From: a virus
Taxonomy: Duplodnaviria; Caudoviricetes
DNA length: 38,254 nt
Reading direction: 5' to 3' (one strand)
Virus record (IMG/VR): IMGVR_UViG_3300027828_000060
Span: 1-38,254 of that record
Notes under the pieces: generated by a model
Told to the model about the DNA's origin: nothing
The model's database searches: none
Seen by the model: the letters and a program-made list of their open reading frames with translations, nothing else
In this document: piece by piece, positions 17,717-27,100 of the stretch
Layout: every line of letters starts with the position of its first letter
How positions within the stretch are numbered: the stretch's first letter is position 1
Program-made: the position numbers and the translations under genes

Positions 17717-17910
17717 CGAGGGCTAATGCCAACAAGGTCCAACCCATCCTGAATTTTGCACATCGCAAATTGCATACGGTGTGCCTCTTCAACATCTACC
17801 GCACAGCTCGCAACGTCATTGAAATACAGTCGCTTGCAAAATTGGGCCAGGTCCCAGGCTTCTTGTTCAGATAGTTCTACTTCCAGTTTTACTTTTTTGG
17901 ATTTGTGCAT
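17713..17910 (-). CDS. Conserved small phage/ICE protein
   Basis: LSEQEAWDLAQFCKR...CAVD..EA..M...GISPR. Confidence 0.65.
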   Translation of the reverse strand: MHKSKKVKLEVELSEQEAWDLAQFCKRLYFNDVASCAVDVEEAHRMQFAMCKIQDGLDLVGISPR

Positions 17911-17913
17911 TTT

Positions 17914-18117
17914 TCACCTCGAGGGCTTTTTATCGAGACTACGAAGTAACTGCGTAGCTCTCGCTTTTATTAATTTGCAAAAAACGGGATCGTTCATCGC
18001 GGCATCAAAGTTATTTGGCTTAAACGGAGACTTTGAAAAACGGCAGTATGCAACTCGTTCCATATCCGCATGCTGGCGCTCTTCTATTTTTTTCAGTCCG
18101 ATATCCAGTTGCTTCAT
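17914..18117 (-). CDS. Hypothetical protein
   Basis: 67 aa, operonic. Confidence 0.5.
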   Translation of the reverse strand: MKQLDIGLKKIEERQHADMERVAYCRFSKSPFKPNNFDAAMNDPVFCKLIKARATQLLRSLDKKPSR

Positions 18118-18118
18118 A

Positions 18119-18619
18119 TCACTTCACCAGGAGCCCTTCGACTCGCTGCATAAATGCATGAAATGCGGCAATGGTTTCCATCCCTTCTCGCATGATGTAG
18201 GCGTACTCTTTATGCGTTACCTGAGAGTCTTCAAAGGCTTTTAATACCGCTTTAGCTACATCACCGTTTTCTTTTTGCCAGGTCGCATACGCGGTTAACA
18301 CTTCAATATCACTACACCCTTCAAATTTACGGTTTGGAATTAAGGTGTAACCGGTGATTTGTGCAATCGCGATTAACAGAGCGGGATTTTCGGTGATCTT
18401 CATCAGCCGAACGGCATCAATTAAGCCAAGCTTATGAGAGGGCGCGTCGGATTTAACTTCGTGATTTAACGAGCTGGGACGTTTGTGGATTTGTGGCGCT
18501 AAAACTTCAGCACCGCCTTTGTGACTATGGACCAAACCATAGATACTGATATCTAAGGAATTCAGTTCATAGTCTGTTAAAACATCCGAATTAATTTTGG
18601 AACAAGCCGACTGTGCCAT
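18119..18619 (-). CDS. Phage regulatory CII (186 CP76-like) family protein
   Basis: YGLVHSHKGGAEVLA...SLNHEV...HKLGLIDAVRLMKITENPALL; second gene of the early operon. Confidence 0.8.
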   Translation of the reverse strand: MAQSACSKINSDVLTDYELNSLDISIYGLVHSHKGGAEVLAPQIHKRPSSLNHEVKSDAPSHKLGLIDAVRLMKITENPALLIAIAQITGYTLIPNRKFEGCSDIEVLTAYATWQKENGDVAKAVLKAFEDSQVTHKEYAYIMREGMETIAAFHAFMQRVEGLLVK

Positions 18620-18736
18620 GGCAATTTCTCCATAATTGCGCGTGTCAATTCAGTGGCTTTCGCGTTAGCATAAATCCCTGCTACTATTTGCAGCAGGTAG
18701 TTATAGTGTCCGAGCTAGGCGAAAGCCGCTACCTAA

Positions 18737-18762
18737 GGCACCGGTGCGGTAACACCGGTGCC
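18737..18762. promoter_or_regulatory. Perfect 10-bp GC-rich hairpin between the cro-like and CII-like genes
   Basis: GGCACCGGTG-CGGTAA-CACCGGTGCC, with no U-tract. Confidence 0.6.
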
Positions 18763-18773
18763 ACCTTCACTGC

Positions 18774-18980
18774 CTAAGAGGCAGCCTGCAGCTGAACTTT
18801 TACCAAGCCACCTTCACGCAAAACATAGCCTTCTTGAATCGCGGCTAACCCTAATTCCATTATCAAAGCTGACTGAGTTGGGACCGTTCGCTTTTCCTGT
18901 TCGGCAATTGCTTCGATCTTCTGCCGTTGCTTTTGCCCGAGTGGTACTTGTACCCTTTTAATTTCTGAACTGTCGCCCAT
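18774..18980 (-). CDS. Ribbon-helix-helix (Arc-like) regulator in the cro position
   Basis: KRVQVPLGQKQRQKIEAIAEQEKRTVPTQSALIMELGL fits the RHH pattern. AAGGAG RBS; divergent from the repressor. Confidence 0.65.
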   Translation of the reverse strand: MGDSSEIKRVQVPLGQKQRQKIEAIAEQEKRTVPTQSALIMELGLAAIQEGYVLREGGLVKVQLQAAS

Positions 18981-19147
18981 GTAAACGCTCCTTTGGTCGC
19001 TATATCAGATTACTGTGTCGAGATTCACGAGAAAAAACGCGAAAATCTGATATAATTTAAGTCAAATTAACTAAAAACCTCACATTACTGACCTAATGTG
19101 ATTCAAAGCCGATAATAGATCACAATACTGATCAAAACAAGGGTTCT
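18981..19147. promoter_or_regulatory. Divergent lysis/lysogeny control region with operator-like repeats
   Basis: TCAGATTACTG (19005), TCACATTACTG (19080), TCACAATACTG (19120). Palindrome CACATTA-N6-TAATGTG at 19081-19100, and inverted TATATCAGATT / AATCTGATATA at 19001 / 19044. Confidence 0.7.
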
Positions 19148-19924
19148 TTGATGAATAGTTCACTATCGAAAACACTGCTTACTATATTGGATGATAGAAA
19201 GCGCACCGAATGGGCACTTGGTTTAGGAATACCAAAGGCAACAAACTCAAACATGTTTAACAAAGGGATCTACCCTTCCGATAAACATTTACGCCGAATC
19301 ATGCTGGCCGAAAACGCGTCGATGAGCGCATTGTGGGGAGCCTCTTCAGCGCCGTTTATGATTCATCGCACAAGCTCTGCGCATGAAACTTATGCGACGT
19401 TAGAGGCACATCTGGATGATCACAACTGGGACATTCACGTAATAACTGGTGATGAATTCCCGGTATTCGTTTTATCCACTTTAGCCATGCAAGAAATCGA
19501 TAACCAGGAATTTAAATATACCCACATAGAAGTTATCTGCGGCCCCGTAGACCATACTGTGGCCAATCTATTCCGGAATAAATCCGTTAAACATAAACAA
19601 CTACCCGAAAACGAAGCGCATTTATTAGCTACCGGATATAAGGGAACTTACTTTCTATTTGGCAAAGAAACTTTGTTGGATGCTAAAGAGATTGATCAGG
19701 TGGAGGTCAACCGAATTTGCCGTGAACCGTCCGAACGCAATGCTGCACTCTTAAAAAGAGTGATGGAAATACTGGATGAAACAGTTATTCAGGAAGGAAT
19801 TGAAGTCAACGCACAAGAGCGCCGCAAGCTCGTCAGTGAGTTATACACTTACGCAATAGAAGAAGGATTGCTTTCGGAAGATGTAAGCCCAAACCTCGCC
19901 CATTCAATGCTGCGAGTCATTTAA
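19148..19924 (+). CDS. Putative immunity repressor (N-terminal HTH, no S24 peptidase domain)
   Basis: RKRTEWALGLGIPKATNSNMF...PSDKHLRRIMLAENASMSALWG...PF resembles a CI-type HTH. Divergent from the early operon. Confidence 0.7.
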   Translation: MMNSSLSKTLLTILDDRKRTEWALGLGIPKATNSNMFNKGIYPSDKHLRRIMLAENASMSALWGASSAPFMIHRTSSAHETYATLEAHLDDHNWDIHVITGDEFPVFVLSTLAMQEIDNQEFKYTHIEVICGPVDHTVANLFRNKSVKHKQLPENEAHLLATGYKGTYFLFGKETLLDAKEIDQVEVNRICREPSERNAALLKRVMEILDETVIQEGIEVNAQERRKLVSELYTYAIEEGLLSEDVSPNLAHSMLRVI

Positions 19925-19930
19925 ACTAAC

Positions 19931-20410
19931 TTATTTGGGATGGGTTGTTTCTTTTATTTCTCGTAAGTTTTTAATTAGGCTCAGCTCTTCTTTTACATCA
20001 CTCTGAAATTCACCTACTTTTTCCAAAAACTCCTGGTGCATTTTATGATAAACATCGGCTTTTAACTGCCACTGAGCCTTTCGGCGAAGACGTTCAATAT
20101 TATCTTCAATATCATTAATTCGAGCCAATTCAGCCTGTAAACGGACTGAGTCGGTGCGGAGCTTTTCAATATACTCATTCCGGGCGTTCAGTTCTTGGCC
20201 GTTGGCTACTACCTCTAAAACAGGTTTTGTCTGCGCTTTTTCATAAGACAAATTTCTAACAATGACTTTATAGCCCACTATGCCAAGCGGGACCATTAGC
20301 CCTATTCCCAAACTGATTAAAATCGCTATATTTGACTTAACTGCGATCGCGATACTGGTGGCTGTTAAACCGACCAATACCCATGCTAACCATTTTTTCA
20401 CTAAACGCAT
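19931..20410 (-). CDS. Two-TM protein with C-terminal coiled-coil
   Basis: Two hydrophobic segments in the first 50 aa, then about 100 aa of charged heptad-like helix. Overlaps the upstream gene by 74 nt. Confidence 0.7.
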   Translation of the reverse strand: MRLVKKWLAWVLVGLTATSIAIAVKSNIAILISLGIGLMVPLGIVGYKVIVRNLSYEKAQTKPVLEVVANGQELNARNEYIEKLRTDSVRLQAELARINDIEDNIERLRRKAQWQLKADVYHKMHQEFLEKVGEFQSDVKEELSLIKNLREIKETTHPK

Positions 20411-20930
20411 CCTTTAGAGCTTTAAGCCCTGAAAATCCTGGTACAACTAAAGCGATTACTGCCACGCTGAGCATTAACCGACAAATATCATCATAGTACT
20501 GTGATGTGGCCCTACCATACCCAGCTAACGCTGAGCCCAGCTGGCCTATATCCACAACAATTAAAACAATGGCGACACCAGTAACAACTGATTCCTGGCG
20601 TAATTCTTCTGTTTTTAACCCTTGCGGGACTATTCTCATTTTTATTGCGAAATAGGCGGTAGTTTGATCAAGATAATTAATAAATAGGATCATTGACCCT
20701 TGTAGTACAACCCAGTAAGGAAACCAGAGATATCTGGCAATTGGGGCATTGTAGAAATCTTCATAGTAGCTGAAGCTTATCCCCCAAATCAGAATGACAT
20801 ATCCAATTAAAACTCTACGTCTTAGATTACCGACACAAAGGAAAAAGCCTGCAATCATTACAAAAACGCACAGCCCAACCCAAGTCTGGTGGCCGTGCGA
20901 TTTTATGGCTTCAAGTAATGATTCAATCAA
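20337..20930 (-). CDS. Polytopic (about 5 TM) inner-membrane protein
   Basis: 197 aa, TTG start behind AAGGGA, five hydrophobic stretches. Confidence 0.75.
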   Translation of the reverse strand: MIESLLEAIKSHGHQTWVGLCVFVMIAGFFLCVGNLRRRVLIGYVILIWGISFSYYEDFYNAPIARYLWFPYWVVLQGSMILFINYLDQTTAYFAIKMRIVPQGLKTEELRQESVVTGVAIVLIVVDIGQLGSALAGYGRATSQYYDDICRLMLSVAVIALVVPGFSGLKALKDAFSEKMVSMGIGRFNSHQYRDRS

Positions 20931-20943
20931 ATTCCCTTAATCC

Positions 20944-21102
20944 TTATCCATCTGTCTGGTCGCAAATGCCGGCTGGGCATCCACCACCACCACTTTGCGG
21001 TTGTACTACAGGTGCCGTTTTCTGTTCTTCTGTGTTGAGTTGGTCAACAGCTTCAGCACCACCAAATAGCAAAATCAAATACAAGTATACTTTCTTCAAC
21101 AT
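20944..21102 (-). CDS. 52-aa secreted peptide precursor (not in the ORF track)
   Basis: MLKKVYLYLILLFGGAEA-VDQLNTEEQKTAPVVQPQSGGGGCPAGICDQTDG. GGAG RBS, signal peptide ending in AEA, and stop 13 nt before the next gene. Confidence 0.8.
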   Translation of the reverse strand: MLKKVYLYLILLFGGAEAVDQLNTEEQKTAPVVQPQSGGGGCPAGICDQTDG

Positions 21103-21339
21103 ATCTCGCTCCGTTATATTAACAATGGTTTTTAAAAAACGCTATGCACTCCAGGCACAAAGCGTGAGGTTTTATGTAAATTTATTTATTTTTATCTCGA
21201 TAAAGCGATTTAAAATTACGCAGTCAGGTAATTTTGGCTAATAAATCTTTGAAAAGCAGGCACAAATCGAGACAAACAGAGTATCAATTTTTGTGCCCTC
21301 GTGGGTATTCTTGATTCGCATAACGTTAATTTACTGGCA

Positions 21340-21588
21340 TTATGTTTTCTGTTCAGCTTCCCGAATGACCACATCACCCTTGGCCAAGGCAATCATTAAT
21401 TGCATGCCATATTGGTATAGCTTCGCGTTCCGACCATCATCACCGGCCAGCAGCGAAGGTCTGTTAACGGGTTGATCCATAATCTGGATAATATTATTGG
21501 CCAGCTGGGCGTTTTGCTGGTCAATCTGTTTTTGCTCTTCAGGTGAAGGTGCCGTTTTGTTTGTTTTAGCTTTCGGTTTTCTAGCCAT
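21340..21588 (-). CDS. Small hypothetical protein at the end of the tail operon
   Basis: 82 aa, GAGGA RBS. Confidence 0.6.
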   Translation of the reverse strand: MARKPKAKTNKTAPSPEEQKQIDQQNAQLANNIIQIMDQPVNRPSLLAGDDGRNAKLYQYGMQLMIALAKGDVVIREAEQKT

Positions 21589-21608
21589 GGTAAATCCTCT
21601 TATAAAAA

Positions 21609-22622
21609 TTAAGGGTATTGTTTAACTGTTACATTCACCTGGTCCATCGTGCCGGCCAACGGCCCCAGATTAACGATCGTATAGTCATAGGTTCCAGCCC
21701 CAGGCTGGTCGCTTAAAATGCGGCTACCAGTATTCACAAAGTAGTCATTATTGGAGCCGTTAGGCTCAAAGTCATTCAATACCACGGTTATAGTGGCCAC
21801 GGCACTGCCATCACGTCTCAGTTCATAGGTTTGCGTCTGGCCAATCAAATTAGTCGCACCACTTTCGTTGTGAACAATTGAAACAATGAATTCCAATAAA
21901 CCGCCATTGGTGTCGTAGTTGGAAATTGATACTGAGCTTTGATTGAGAAACGGTCCAAATATCTGGCTTTGCATCGTCGGCGCAGCTTTCACTTTGGTAA
22001 TGGTGTAAACCTTATCGATGACCAGCGAACCGAATGTAGCCCTAAAAGTGGCGGTTCCGGTGTCCGCACTCATCGAGTTCACCGTATAAACACCTGTGCT
22101 CGCATTGATAGTAACATCCACGCCAGTTTCATTGGCCACGCTATAAACGATGCCATTACCAGTGGTAATATCGTTGGCACCCTGTGAAATTTTAAAAGTG
22201 CCTCCCGCATTAGAAAAGTCCCCACCGTTGCCGTTCTGATCAGTGGTTACTGAATGATTATCATTGGTTAAAGAACCAAAAATAGCATCAGCACCATCAA
22301 GTCTGGCGTTTTCCCAGGGAATAATAATCGTGCCATCCTGGCCTCGTTTAGCAGTGGTCATATACAGCGGATCATCTCCGGCGGGCGGCGTATCAAACCA
22401 GCCCGCGGCAATCAGTTCGGCGTTCTGGTCGGTAGCAGCCGGTATCGCTGGCGCCGTTGTCGAACGTTGAAACCAGTAATCGTAATAATCACCTTGCTGG
22501 CCATTTTCACCAGCAATTAAAAAAGGATCTCCCCAGGTAACCACACCCGCAGAATCCCGGGTGCCTATCCGGGCGTATTTATCACCTGGTTGAAACGTGT
22601 CGTGCCAATCTGGATCGGCCAT
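21609..22622 (-). CDS. Tail tip/fibre-related protein (resembles a detached C-terminal part of a tail-tip protein)
   Basis: WHDTFQPGDKYAR...GENGQQGDYYDYWFQRS...WFDTPP...LTNDNHSV...DKVYTITKVKA. Has its own GAGGTG RBS. Confidence 0.7.
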   Translation of the reverse strand: MADPDWHDTFQPGDKYARIGTRDSAGVVTWGDPFLIAGENGQQGDYYDYWFQRSTTAPAIPAATDQNAELIAAGWFDTPPAGDDPLYMTTAKRGQDGTIIIPWENARLDGADAIFGSLTNDNHSVTTDQNGNGGDFSNAGGTFKISQGANDITTGNGIVYSVANETGVDVTINASTGVYTVNSMSADTGTATFRATFGSLVIDKVYTITKVKAAPTMQSQIFGPFLNQSSVSISNYDTNGGLLEFIVSIVHNESGATNLIGQTQTYELRRDGSAVATITVVLNDFEPNGSNNDYFVNTGSRILSDQPGAGTYDYTIVNLGPLAGTMDQVNVTVKQYP

Positions 22623-22635
22623 GTATCACCTCAAA

Positions 22636-22857
22636 TTAACTCGGTACTCGGCGTACAATGCGGGAACCATCCGAGTCGGTTGATGCAACTTCGGAATTCA
22701 CAACAACCGCCACATTGTTGTCAGCGTCATTTCGCAGGCCGACATTTAAACGGATGATATCCATGTCCGGGTTGTTGGTCAGAAAGTCATTTACCGCAGT
22801 ATCAATTGCAGTATTCAATGTATCTTGTGCAGTTTTTACTTGGTCCATGGTAGACAT
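22636..22857 (-). CDS. Small hypothetical protein in the tail region
   Basis: 73 aa, GAGGA RBS. Confidence 0.6.
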   Translation of the reverse strand: MSTMDQVKTAQDTLNTAIDTAVNDFLTNNPDMDIIRLNVGLRNDADNNVAVVVNSEVASTDSDGSRIVRRVPS

Positions 22858-22898
22858 AATTTTTTCCTCTTTGTCAGGGTTAAATAAAATGGGTATCG

Positions 22899-24104
22899 CT
22901 AAACACCGTAATAAGAAAGTGACCAGCCAACGGTCACCGATTCAATTTTTGCAGGATCAGTCGGATGGCGAACGTCTATGGTTAAAGTGCCGGTAAAATC
23001 CCCCTCCTGACCTTGTAGTCCATCGGCTTCCAGGGAAACGCTATTATTTGTCAGCCCCCAGGAAGTCGAGCCAAAAGGCATAGTCACATCGCTGGCATTT
23101 CGGCCGACTGGCCAGGTATCAACGTTGAATGAATAACGCTTTTCGGCCACGTCATTCATATTCAGTCCGAATCCTAAATTCCAATCAATGCCCATGGTCC
23201 AGGTGACCACCATGGTTGCCGGTGCGCTCGTTGTATTTCGCTCGTCAGATTTTCCACCGGGCACATCTTCAAAATACAAAGTAGTCGCGCTGCCAATCAG
23301 GTCACCCATTTCAATCGGTGGTGACGTTGGTACACCAGCATTTTCAACAATATCGGGCACGTAACCACCGCCCCTTAAAAACAAATCTAAATCGTTGGGT
23401 AGTCCGTCATGGCCAAAGAAAGCCTCAATATCAGAAAAGTCGAACGGCGCAGCAAAGTCAGCAAAGATAATTTCGCCGGTATCTGGCCCGGCCTTGGTGG
23501 AAGCAACTAAACTATCTGACATGCCGCCAATAGTTAGTGTAATAGTTTTGCTCTGACCATAATCAGGCGCAGAGTCATAACGAACGCGAACCGCTTGACC
23601 ATTAACCGCAGTCTGACTTGCGAGCCAACCATTTTGGCCAGTACCCACCAACGCCTCACCATTGGTTACGCTCACCGAGACTGTAGTGTTTACACCGGAA
23701 ATTACGATGATATCCGTGTAAAAATAGGATGTATTCGGTTCTTGGTTTGTTTGGTCTGGGCCGATATTAAAGGCGTCCGGAGTCGAGTCGACACTATCAA
23801 CAATTTCATAATCAAAATCGTCACTGGTATAAGTTGACTGAGTAGCCAAAACAAATCCATTACCAAGTGTTGCGTCACTCTTAACTGTTCGTGTAAAACT
23901 CCCACCTGATGACAAGCTACCATTTGATGAGTTAGTCCAAACGCTCGATAAAAAATTAGAAAGTGTAACTGTCCCAATTGACCAGGTCGATGATGCTTGA
24001 AAAGTAACGGTATCATCTCTCGCTACTTGAATACGAGAAGAGGGTAAAACAGTTATCGTTTTTGATTCAAAATCCTTTTGAACCGTTACAACATGATTAG
24101 CCAT
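22899..24104 (-). CDS. Putative tail fibre tip/adhesin protein
   Basis: Start MANHVV at 24104, coupled to the fibre gene. Beta-rich domains and an LRGGGYVPD..N.GVPTS.PI.MGDL.GS motif of the kind seen in proteins following S74-chaperoned fibres. Confidence 0.65.
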   Translation of the reverse strand: MANHVVTVQKDFESKTITVLPSSRIQVARDDTVTFQASSTWSIGTVTLSNFLSSVWTNSSNGSLSSGGSFTRTVKSDATLGNGFVLATQSTYTSDDFDYEIVDSVDSTPDAFNIGPDQTNQEPNTSYFYTDIIVISGVNTTVSVSVTNGEALVGTGQNGWLASQTAVNGQAVRVRYDSAPDYGQSKTITLTIGGMSDSLVASTKAGPDTGEIIFADFAAPFDFSDIEAFFGHDGLPNDLDLFLRGGGYVPDIVENAGVPTSPPIEMGDLIGSATTLYFEDVPGGKSDERNTTSAPATMVVTWTMGIDWNLGFGLNMNDVAEKRYSFNVDTWPVGRNASDVTMPFGSTSWGLTNNSVSLEADGLQGQEGDFTGTLTIDVRHPTDPAKIESVTVGWSLSYYGV

Positions 24105-27100
24105 TTTCAAGCCTCGCAACTTTTGCTTTTAGTGCCTTTATGCACTCGACCAGCAAACCGATAGTCGCAGAGTCATCGACGTTTAATAAACCTTTATCGT
24201 CAGTTGACACCGATTCGGCTAGTGCGTTTTGATTGTCTTGTGCCACCGTCCCTGCGTGTCGTCCACCAACATCAAGTCGATCAAATGTGTAGCCCGTGAT
24301 GTATTCAATTCTTTCTAATGGTCGGTCGATAACTTCCAAGTTAGCCTTAACCTTAATATCGGATGTGTGGCGAATGACAGGTGCTTCAATTCTAACGTTT
24401 GATGTTACAACACCATAGAAAAGCGCGTTCTGGCTCTGGTAGTACATCCGCAAAACTCGGTTGCCCGGTATGCCGCCCGTTATTGTCCCCATCCCTAAGT
24501 GGCCGTAACCGTCGCCGGTGTAAGTTAAATGGACCGACGCCGAACCCTGCCCACTTTCGCCGATACTTAGAGCCGCTGCTTGTTCGCCTAAAACCGTGTT
24601 AGAGCCACCGCTTGATGAATCGATAATTATCGAGTTTAAATCGGCGTCAAGAATAATACCTTGCGTGGTATCAGTCGGCGACTTTCTCAGATTTAGTCTG
24701 TCCCCGGCATTTGTGAGGATTGTATAATTGCTTGCGCTATTTATTAGGCTACGTGAGAGCACAACGCTTCCAGTGTTCTGATAACCAAGATATAAATTAC
24801 CACCGGCTGCAGACAGAGTAACATTGCCATTATTATGATCTTTAATAATGTAGGTGCCATTGTAATCAGAGTTAACTTGACCACCCGAATCGAGATTCAT
24901 GATGCTAACATTCAATAATTCATTGCTGTTCAAATCGAGATTCTGAAGAGACTCATTAACCGTTGGTGTTGCCCTAAATTTAGTAGCGGCGCCGGCTGAA
25001 AGATTCACATTACCAGCATCAGATAAAAGCGTTACATTACGATTTGCAGCAGAGCCGACCCCCACATAGCCGTCACGCGTCCCGTCTGCTTGGTCAAACC
25101 GTAAGTAACTAACGTTCGCGTTTCCAGTAGACGTTCCGTAATGCCTGAAATATCCTCCGGCGGGATATAAACGCATGACGTTCGACGCAGTGTCATCAAG
25201 GAAAATGATTTCATTACTACTATTCGCCCCGACGTAACCGCGAATGGTTCCATCAGTTTGGAATCTTAAATAGGCCGTTGAGCTGCTGCCATCGAGTGCA
25301 ACGGTCGTTCCACTTACGCCTTGCAAGTAAGGCCCATCGTCAAAGATTAACTGGTCGATGCCGACAACATCTTTATTCTGCAAGTCGATGTTTTTTCCGG
25401 TATGGTAAACCTCTTTCCAATTTTCCCAGACGCCACTATCCTTGGCTCGAAAATACATGCTATCCGTTGCGTGAGAGACAAGAAGCTGCGAGTCAAAACT
25501 GTTATCCGACCGCGTATAATTGCCGTGCAATAGCATTCCGTTTGCTGGCTTGTCGACCGTTGCAGATGCCGCAAAGTAAAAACCAGACGTATCGATTGCA
25601 CCAGCATCAGCGGGGGCGTAACCGTCAACGGTAAAGTGTGTGCTGTGGTGGACCTCCTGACCTGAATGAGTCGAAGTATTACCCCAAGGATTAAAGGTTA
25701 ATACGCCAGCGATATTTGACATAAAGCTATCAACGCCCATTAAGTGACCGCTGTTATCCGTTCCCAGCTCTTCGTACAAATTCAATCGTTCATGGTGGAC
25801 TTGAATATTGTAGTTATTAGCGTGATAAGTTTTAATCGACGGCACACCACCGCTAACTAAAAACTGGATATGGTTGGAGCTTGTACCTGATTGTCCCGTC
25901 ACGTTAACACGCCAAGTTCCATTTGAATTCCAAAACACCGCCGAGCTACTTTGGTCAGTGCCGGTTCCGTCTATGTGTGCTTTTACGCGGTAGACTCCAC
26001 CAGCTTCTAAAGCGGAAACATTGTCCGACATAGTTAAGGCGAGAATATTTGTGTTGCTGGCCGAATAGCTTCTGCGCCAAAACTCTTGAACGCTGGTTCC
26101 GAGCGGGGCGTTAGGGTTAAGATTTTCAGCCGTCCAAAGTTTATTACCCGCGCTAGAAATATCAGCCGATGATCCGAATGATAGATCTCCGTCAGCATCC
26201 AAGCCGAAATATTTTGTATTGACTGTTGTTTTGAAAGTGATGTTCGCATTGCGGTCGCTGTTGTTACGTTCGACTTGTAGGATGTCCCAGTCAGCTACAT
26301 TAAGATGCAACTTGCCGACAAGCTCCGCGCTTTTATCTGTGTTAATTGTTAAAGCGGGGTTTGTTAAACCGTCGCCATTAACACCAAATAATAATTTACT
26401 AGACGAATCTAAGCCGCCGCCAAAGCCTGAATAGTTAGCCAGCAAATCAACACGGTCGCCCGCATCTCTTTCGACTCTAATTCCCTGCAAGCCGCTATAA
26501 GAACCTTTAAAATGCGCCTTTATGGCGGCGTCAACGTCGATATCTATTTTTTTTGTAAAATCCCAATCGCCAGTAATTGTTTGATTAGAAGCCGGGTCAA
26601 AACCGGAGCCACCATTTAGATGATCAGTGAGTTGTTTCGATGTGATAAATTTCGAATCCTCCAATCCCTGGGAAACTTCAAAATCACTCGCTTTTTGTGA
26701 TAGCCCTTTAGTTGGTTCATCAGCATCAGGAATATCAGCCAAAGTCAGGCCATTAAAATTAGCGTAGGCCGGTGGATCATCAAAACCACCGTTGACTGAA
26801 AACTGAATTAAAACACCTTCATTGCCTGGGTCACTAATCGGATCATCTTCAATCGCAGTGAGCGACTGAGGGATCATTTGTATGCGCGCAGCAGCCAAAC
26901 CAAAATCATTGTCGCCATCGCCCAATGCCACCAGGTAGCCACCCAATTGTGGTACGGCAGAAATGCCACCGCCATCAATTAATATTAATAGCCCACCTGG
27001 TGCACCGTCACCAGACGCGCCTGATTGCATCGGCCGTGAACCAGTTTCAGTCGATGAAGTTTTTGTAGGTGAAGGATTATTGCGAGCACCAGACATATCA

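Noticed and set aside
20918-21241. Plus-strand 107-aa ORF over the peptide gene
   Set aside because: No RBS or operon context. The minus-strand 52-aa ORF has an RBS, a signal peptide and tight coupling.
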